A model generated the notes under the pieces. It ran no database searches and was not told the origin of the DNA. It saw only the letters and a list, made by a program, of their open reading frames with translations. From IMG/VR virus record IMGVR_UViG_3300032050_000010: a DNA stretch of 64,000 nucleotides; one strand, written 5' to 3'. The DNA comes from a virus. Positions 58,798 to 64,000 of this stretch are shown here, piece after piece (the first letter of the stretch is position 1; every line of letters starts with the position of its first letter). Both the position numbers and the translations under genes were made by a program.

Positions 58798-61700
58798 ATG
58801 AAAGCGTTCCATATCTCAGACATCCATTTTAGAGGCCTGTCTCGACATGACGAGTATAGGAAGTGTTTCACTAGATTGTTCGACATCGCTCGAAAGGAGA
58901 AGCCTGATGTCTTCTTCGTCGGTGGCGACATCGTTCACTCCAAGACACAGGGCATCACACCAGAGCTGATTGATATTCTGACTTGGTGCTTTGAGACGAT
59001 GGCAGAGATCGCGCCTGTCCACATGATCCTGGGTAATCATGACGGTCTCATCCACAACAAGAGCCGACAAGATGCGATCACACCCATCATCAACGCGCTG
59101 GGAAACAAGCGCATCTACTTGTACAAGAAGTCGGGTGTCTATCCGACGGGCCTGCCTGGCATCAACTGGTGCGTCTTTTCGTGCTTTGACGAGGAGGGGT
59201 GGGACGATGTCAAGCCTGTCAAGGGTGAGATCAACATCGCTTGCTTCCACGGTGCCGTTCGTGGGTCATCGACTGACTCCGACTGGAAGATCAACGGTGA
59301 AGTGACAGCAAGCTTCTTTGATGAGTTTGACTACACATTCCTGGGTGACATTCACAAGCGTCAAAATGTCACAGGCAACGGTGTCATCTCCTATCCTGGG
59401 TCGTTCATCCAGCAGGATTACGGTGAGGATGTCATCAAGGGCTGCCTGCTGTGGGATATTAAGTCATCAGTTGATTACAGCTGTAAGTTCATCCACATCA
59501 TCAACGACTCACCATTTGTAACGATCGGTTACCGCGGTGATCTTGATGAAACTTACCAGATGATCGATAGCGCTCCTACGGGTGCACGTGTCCGCATTGG
59601 CTCCGATGTTCCGGTGCCACCTACAACGCTGCACCTCATTGAATCGAAGCTGCAAGCTGAGAAGTCACCTAAAGAGATTGTCTATAAGATCGCAGATCTA
59701 GACGCTGGCAAAAGCCTGGCAAAGACAAGCGGAACACCCGTCACAGATCTCAGGCAGCCTAGCACAATCAAAGAGTTGATCCGTGACTTCTACAGCGACT
59801 CAGCGTTGCCAAAAGACAAGTTTGAGCGTGTTGATGCAATCGTCGACAGGTACATGAAGTCACTTGATTTGGGTGGTGATGAGGATCGAAACTACAGCTG
59901 GTCACTTGACAAGCTGGCTTTTAGGAACACGTTTGCATTCCGCGGTGATAACGAGATTGACTTTACCAAGTCATCTGGCATCACAGGCATCTTTGGCAAG
60001 AACCGTGCTGGAAAGTCATCCATCATTGGCAGCCTTGTCTACTGTCTCTTCAACACCTCAGATAGAGGATCTCTCAAGAACCTCCACATCATCAATGACA
60101 AGGAGGACACATGTGATGCTGAAGCAGACATTACAGTCAAGGGTGACAAGTACAAGATTTCTCGCAGAACTAAGAAGACAGTCAATAAGAAGGGTGACGT
60201 CAACGTCAACACGACGCTAGGCATCACTAAACTCGACACTGATATGCAGCTAAGTGACGTCTCAGATGAACAGCGTCGTGAGACAGAGAAGGTGCTGCGA
60301 CAGCTAATTGGAACTGCAGATGACTTCTTCATGACATCGCTTGCAGCTCAAGGAAACCTCAATAAGTTCTTTGAGGAGAAGTCGACAGCCCGCAAGCAGA
60401 TCATTGGAAAGTTTCTTAATCTTGACATCTTTGACTCACTTTATGAGCGGTCACGAGAGGATCTTGTACCTCTCCGTGCCTCGTTTAGAGGTCGCCGAGA
60501 CAAGCAGCAGATTGATGCAAAAATTTCTGATGCTGTAAAGATGCTTGCAGTTGAGAGAGAGAAAACTTCTGAACTTGACAATGCACACAGTGATCTTACT
60601 AGGAAGTTAGCAGATCTACGTGTCATTATCAATGGTGATACATCAGTCGAGGCAGCTGTCAAGCTGCGTGAACTCGAGCAGCGCAGGGATCGTCTTGCTG
60701 AGAAGCATAAGGAGTATACATCTCAAATTGAGGATGCCTCCGCACTGCGCGCTAAGCATACAGTTCGCCTTGAGAAGTTCAGTGCACTGAAGGAAAAGTT
60801 TCCTATTGATGAGCTTCGACAGAAAGTTCAATCACAAAGGTCGCTAGAGACAAAGCTCGAAGCTGCAAATAGAGAGCTACAACAGCACCTTAAATCTCTA
60901 GGAAGGCTGAATGAAGATGTTGGAATTCTATCGACTGTTCCATGCGGCGACGAATTTCCAACGTGTCCATTCATCAAGAAGGCGTTTGAGAGCAAGTCAA
61001 AGATTGGCCAGGAGCAGCTAGAAGTTGAAGAGCAGCGGAAGTACATCAAGCAGCTTCAAGCTGATATTAACGAAATAGCCGAGCAAAATCTTGACGAAAA
61101 GGTCAAGAAATACGACGTAATGCTCCAGGAAGAGCGAACACTCCAGTTTGATGTTAGCAAGCTTGATATGAAGATCGAGCATGCAGAGGCATCACTTAAA
61201 ACTGTCAATGTAGATCTTGCTACATGTAATCTTGAGATCGATCGTCTAAGTGCGGTAGTCAACGACTCAGACAGCCTATGCGGTGTCTATGACAGCATCA
61301 AGGAAGTAGAAGAAGAGCTTGAGAAGACACGTAAATTGCAGCTCACAAATGCAAAGAACGTCGGTGCTCATGAGACATCGATCACAACGCTCCAGAGTGA
61401 GAAGGAGACGCTTGAGCGAGATCTTGCTGACCTCGAGATCTTTGAGTTGTTCAACGTCGCCATGTCAAAGAAGGGCCTCCCTTCTCGCCTAATCTCTAAA
61501 CTACTTCCTCTTGTCAATGCTGAGATCCAGAACATTCTACTCGGTGTCTGCAATTTCACAGTCGAGCTTGAGGTTGATGAGGAGTCGAACTCACTTGAAG
61601 TTTACATTAACTACGGTGACAAGCGACGGATAATTGAGCTAGGATCGGGAATGGAAAAGATGATCTCTGCAATTGCGACAAGAGTTGCTCTCATTAATAT

Positions 61701-61917
61701 GTCATCTTTGCCTAAATCCAACATCTTCATCATTGACGAAGGGTTTGGCGCACTTGATGACACCAATCTTGAAGCATGCTCGCGCCTGCTGCGGTCGCTG
61801 AAGAAGCACTTCAACCAGATCCTCATCATCTCACACGTAGATGCAATCAAGGATGCAGTTGACAACTTTGTTGAGATCAACTGGATCGACGGAGGCGCAA
61901 GTGTCAGATACTCCTGA
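58798..61917 (+). CDS. Fused Mre11/SbcD nuclease - Rad50/SbcC ATPase (gp47-gp46 equivalent)
   Basis: Phosphoesterase motifs HISDIH, GGDIVH, GNHD, FHG and GDIH. Walker A GKNRAGKSS, coiled coil, Walker B IFIIDEGFGALD and IISH. Confidence 0.9.
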   Translation: MKAFHISDIHFRGLSRHDEYRKCFTRLFDIARKEKPDVFFVGGDIVHSKTQGITPELIDILTWCFETMAEIAPVHMILGNHDGLIHNKSRQDAITPIINALGNKRIYLYKKSGVYPTGLPGINWCVFSCFDEEGWDDVKPVKGEINIACFHGAVRGSSTDSDWKINGEVTASFFDEFDYTFLGDIHKRQNVTGNGVISYPGSFIQQDYGEDVIKGCLLWDIKSSVDYSCKFIHIINDSPFVTIGYRGDLDETYQMIDSAPTGARVRIGSDVPVPPTTLHLIESKLQAEKSPKEIVYKIADLDAGKSLAKTSGTPVTDLRQPSTIKELIRDFYSDSALPKDKFERVDAIVDRYMKSLDLGGDEDRNYSWSLDKLAFRNTFAFRGDNEIDFTKSSGITGIFGKNRAGKSSIIGSLVYCLFNTSDRGSLKNLHIINDKEDTCDAEADITVKGDKYKISRRTKKTVNKKGDVNVNTTLGITKLDTDMQLSDVSDEQRRETEKVLRQLIGTADDFFMTSLAAQGNLNKFFEEKSTARKQIIGKFLNLDIFDSLYERSREDLVPLRASFRGRRDKQQIDAKISDAVKMLAVEREKTSELDNAHSDLTRKLADLRVIINGDTSVEAAVKLRELEQRRDRLAEKHKEYTSQIEDASALRAKHTVRLEKFSALKEKFPIDELRQKVQSQRSLETKLEAANRELQQHLKSLGRLNEDVGILSTVPCGDEFPTCPFIKKAFESKSKIGQEQLEVEEQRKYIKQLQADINEIAEQNLDEKVKKYDVMLQEERTLQFDVSKLDMKIEHAEASLKTVNVDLATCNLEIDRLSAVVNDSDSLCGVYDSIKEVEEELEKTRKLQLTNAKNVGAHETSITTLQSEKETLERDLADLEIFELFNVAMSKKGLPSRLISKLLPLVNAEIQNILLGVCNFTVELEVDEESNSLEVYINYGDKRRIIELGSGMEKMISAIATRVALINMSSLPKSNIFIIDEGFGALDDTNLEACSRLLRSLKKHFNQILIISHVDAIKDAVDNFVEINWIDGGASVRYS

Positions 61918-62143
61918 TGTCACTCCGTTATTCTGTCTTGTCTGTGAGACAGTGATGGTTGGGCAAGATGATGTTGACTACCACAGGCTGTTTCAGTGCT
62001 GCACGGAGTGTGGCATGAAGTGGGCCGAGACGAACCGCTCACAATGGTTGATGGGATGGCGTCCTAACAGAGATGAAGTGGATGCTGAAATTATTAATAG
62101 AAGATCGCACATACTTAACGAAATAGATATACTAAGAGGATAG
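61901..62143 (+). CDS. Small Zn-finger protein
   Basis: GGAGG RBS at 61891 and GTG 61901; CLVC...CCTEC. Confidence 0.65.
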   Translation: MSDTPDVTPLFCLVCETVMVGQDDVDYHRLFQCCTECGMKWAETNRSQWLMGWRPNRDEVDAEIINRRSHILNEIDILRG

Positions 62144-62147
62144 TCGC

Positions 62148-62531
62148 ATGCTTTCAATGCAACAAGTAAATACACTCGGGCAGCTTATCGACACAACTTT
62201 CGGTAAAAGCTCAACAACAAATGCACCGACGGTGTCAATAAAGATGACGCTCCAAGGCAACTCTCTCATCGTTAAGTACACAACGCTGGTTCACTTTGCT
62301 TCCGAGCAATCCATGAGAGAGCAGTCAAAAGAGCTGGAGCGCGCTGCAGTTCAGCTTACTAAGAAGTCGATTGATCAAGTTGAGAAAGATTTCAAGAGAA
62401 TTGAAGGTAAGACACTCAATCTCAAGAAGAAGACGTCTGACAACGGCATCGAGCTGATCAGTATGTCACCTTACAATCCACGTAAAGTTGCATACTATAG
62501 ATTTAATACGACATATGAAATCGATGTATGA
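62148..62531 (+). CDS. Hypothetical protein upstream of terminase
   Basis: 127 aa with GAGGA RBS and ATACTTA upstream. Confidence 0.7.
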   Translation: MLSMQQVNTLGQLIDTTFGKSSTTNAPTVSIKMTLQGNSLIVKYTTLVHFASEQSMREQSKELERAAVQLTKKSIDQVEKDFKRIEGKTLNLKKKTSDNGIELISMSPYNPRKVAYYRFNTTYEIDV

Positions 62532-64000
62532 ACACGAGCAACAAGTCAAGACAAGTATCTGAGATTATACGCTGTGGCAAAGATCCGGCGTATTTTTTCA
62601 ATAACTACGTAAAGATCCAGCATCCAACTAAGGGAACGATCCCATTTAAGACGTTCCCATTTCAAGATGACTGCGTCAATGACTTCATAGAAAATCGATT
62701 TACAGTCATTGTCAAGAGCAGGCAGCTTGGCTTGTCAACTCTTGTTGCTGCATATTCTGTTTGGCTTGCGCTCTTCCAGAAAGACAAGAATATCCTCATC
62801 ATCGCAACTAAGCTGGGTGTTGCCCAGAACTTCATTAAGAAAGTGAAGACAATGGTGAGTAACCTTCCGCCGTGGATGGTGCTCCCGCAGATCACTCTCA
62901 ACAACCGGCAGATGATCGAATTTAGTCATGGATCTTCGATCAAGGCTGTTCCCACATCAGAAGACGCAGGTCGTTCTGAGTCGTTGTCGCTGCTGATCAT
63001 CGACGAGGCAGCATTCGTTAGAAACTTTGATGAGCTATGGACAGGCTTATATCCAACGATCTCAACTGGTGGTCGTGCTATTGTGCTTTCAACACCTAAC
63101 GGTGTGGGTGGACAATACTACAAGCTTTTCACTGAGGCTGAGTCGGGCTTAAACGAATTTAAGGCCATCAGGCTGAACTGGGACGTTCATCCTGAACGTG
63201 ATCAGGCGTGGTTCGAGAAAGAGACAAGAAATCTATCCGCTAAAGAGATCGCTCAGGAGTACTTGTGTGACTTCGCTGCGTCAGGTGAGACGTTCCTCAA
63301 TGACGACGACATCAAGTGGATTAGCAAGATTATACGACCTCCAATTGATCGCGGCGGGCCAGATAGAAATGTCTGGATCTGGAAACACGCGCTGTCAGAG
63401 CACAAGTACATCGTCTCTGCTGACGTTGCAAGAGGCGATGGGAAAGATTACTCAACTTTTCACGTCATCGATTGCACTGAAGGTGAAGTAGTCGCTGAGT
63501 ACAAGGGTAAGATTGCACCAGATAAGTTTGGTGAACTCTTAAATGAGTATGGTTTGCTGTACAATAAGGCGCTAATGTGCCCTGAGAATAACTCATTTGG
63601 ATATGCAACCATAGTCAAGCTTAAAGATCTAGGCTACCCAAAGATGTACTATAACAAGAACAAGTCTGTCTACATCGGCGACTATGTTCCACCTGCTGAG
63701 ACAGAGCTGGCAGGTTTTACAACGAGCGGCAAGTCAAGAAACCAGATCCTCACAAAGCTCGAAGAGGTCATCAGAAACAAACAGCTTCTAATATACTCGT
63801 CTCGTTTCTATGAAGAGTTGAAGACATTTGTCTGGAATGAGAACAAAGCACAGGCAATGAAGGGAGAGAACGACGATCTTATTCTCTCGCTCGCCATCGG
63901 AACTTGGCTCTATGATGCATCAAATGACTATGGTAAGGACTCAGATAAGTTAAACAATGCAATGCTTGCCGCGATGGGTTTTAAGAACAAGCAATTTAAT
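62528..64000 (+). CDS. terL: Terminase large subunit, T4 gp17-like (3'-truncated; absent from ORF track)
   Basis: Hand translation from ATG 62528 (ATGA overlap): DPAYFFNNYVKI, KSRQLGLST, LLIIDEAAF, LSTPNG, QEYLCDF, SADVARGDGKDYS, NDDLILSLAI. No stop before the window end. Confidence 0.93.
   Translation, partial: MNTSNKSRQVSEIIRCGKDPAYFFNNYVKIQHPTKGTIPFKTFPFQDDCVNDFIENRFTVIVKSRQLGLSTLVAAYSVWLALFQKDKNILIIATKLGVAQNFIKKVKTMVSNLPPWMVLPQITLNNRQMIEFSHGSSIKAVPTSEDAGRSESLSLLIIDEAAFVRNFDELWTGLYPTISTGGRAIVLSTPNGVGGQYYKLFTEAESGLNEFKAIRLNWDVHPERDQAWFEKETRNLSAKEIAQEYLCDFAASGETFLNDDDIKWISKIIRPPIDRGGPDRNVWIWKHALSEHKYIVSADVARGDGKDYSTFHVIDCTEGEVVAEYKGKIAPDKFGELLNEYGLLYNKALMCPENNSFGYATIVKLKDLGYPKMYYNKNKSVYIGDYVPPAETELAGFTTSGKSRNQILTKLEEVIRNKQLLIYSSRFYEELKTFVWNENKAQAMKGENDDLILSLAIGTWLYDASNDYGKDSDKLNNAMLAAMGFKNKQFN

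Noticed and set aside
12209-61917. Eukaryotic giant virus (glyco-cluster plus fused Mre11-Rad50)
   Set aside because: Shine-Dalgarno sites, overlapping operons, sigma factor, T4-like baseplate and terminase are all bacteriophage features.
1-64000. Stop-codon reassignment, tRNAs or introns
   Set aside because: TAA, TAG and TGA all end genes cleanly at high coding density. Intergenic gaps are about 100 nt or less and show no cloverleaf or intron-like structure by eye.

Overview
This 64 kb window is a gene-dense segment of a large, T4-like (contractile-tailed) bacteriophage. All credible genes except one are on the + strand and use the standard code. Left to right: (1) a host-interaction block (5'-truncated PrkA/YeaG kinase, degenerate GroEL-like protein, Hc1 histone H1-like protein, a Cys-rich sigma70 region-4 protein, PIN-PhoH); (2) three modular fibre-like virion proteins followed by a lone Flp/Tad-type pilin gene; (3) a ~17 kb glycosylation locus (about ten glycosyltransferase-like genes including GT11, three methyltransferase-like genes, gmd, fcl, a nucleotide-sugar dehydrogenase, an epimerase) with an AT-rich core and an interspersed Cas4-like nuclease; (4) a phage sigma factor and a ~26 kb baseplate/tail region (gp5-, gp25-, gp6-, gp7/LamG-like and several large unknowns) interrupted by a Zn-finger TnsA-like endonuclease; (5) RuvC-like resolvase, primase, a fused Mre11-Rad50 (SbcD-SbcC) and a 3'-truncated T4 gp17-like terminase that the ORF track misses. 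Two candidate promoter classes are visible: ATANTTA mostly before virion genes, and sigma70-like -10 boxes 6 nt before start codons (leaderless). I saw no tRNA, rRNA, CRISPR array or integrase. The best candidate for an undescribed system is the phage-borne Flp pilin wedged between the tail fibres and the glycosylation locus. All product calls come from motif recognition by eye, not from database searches.
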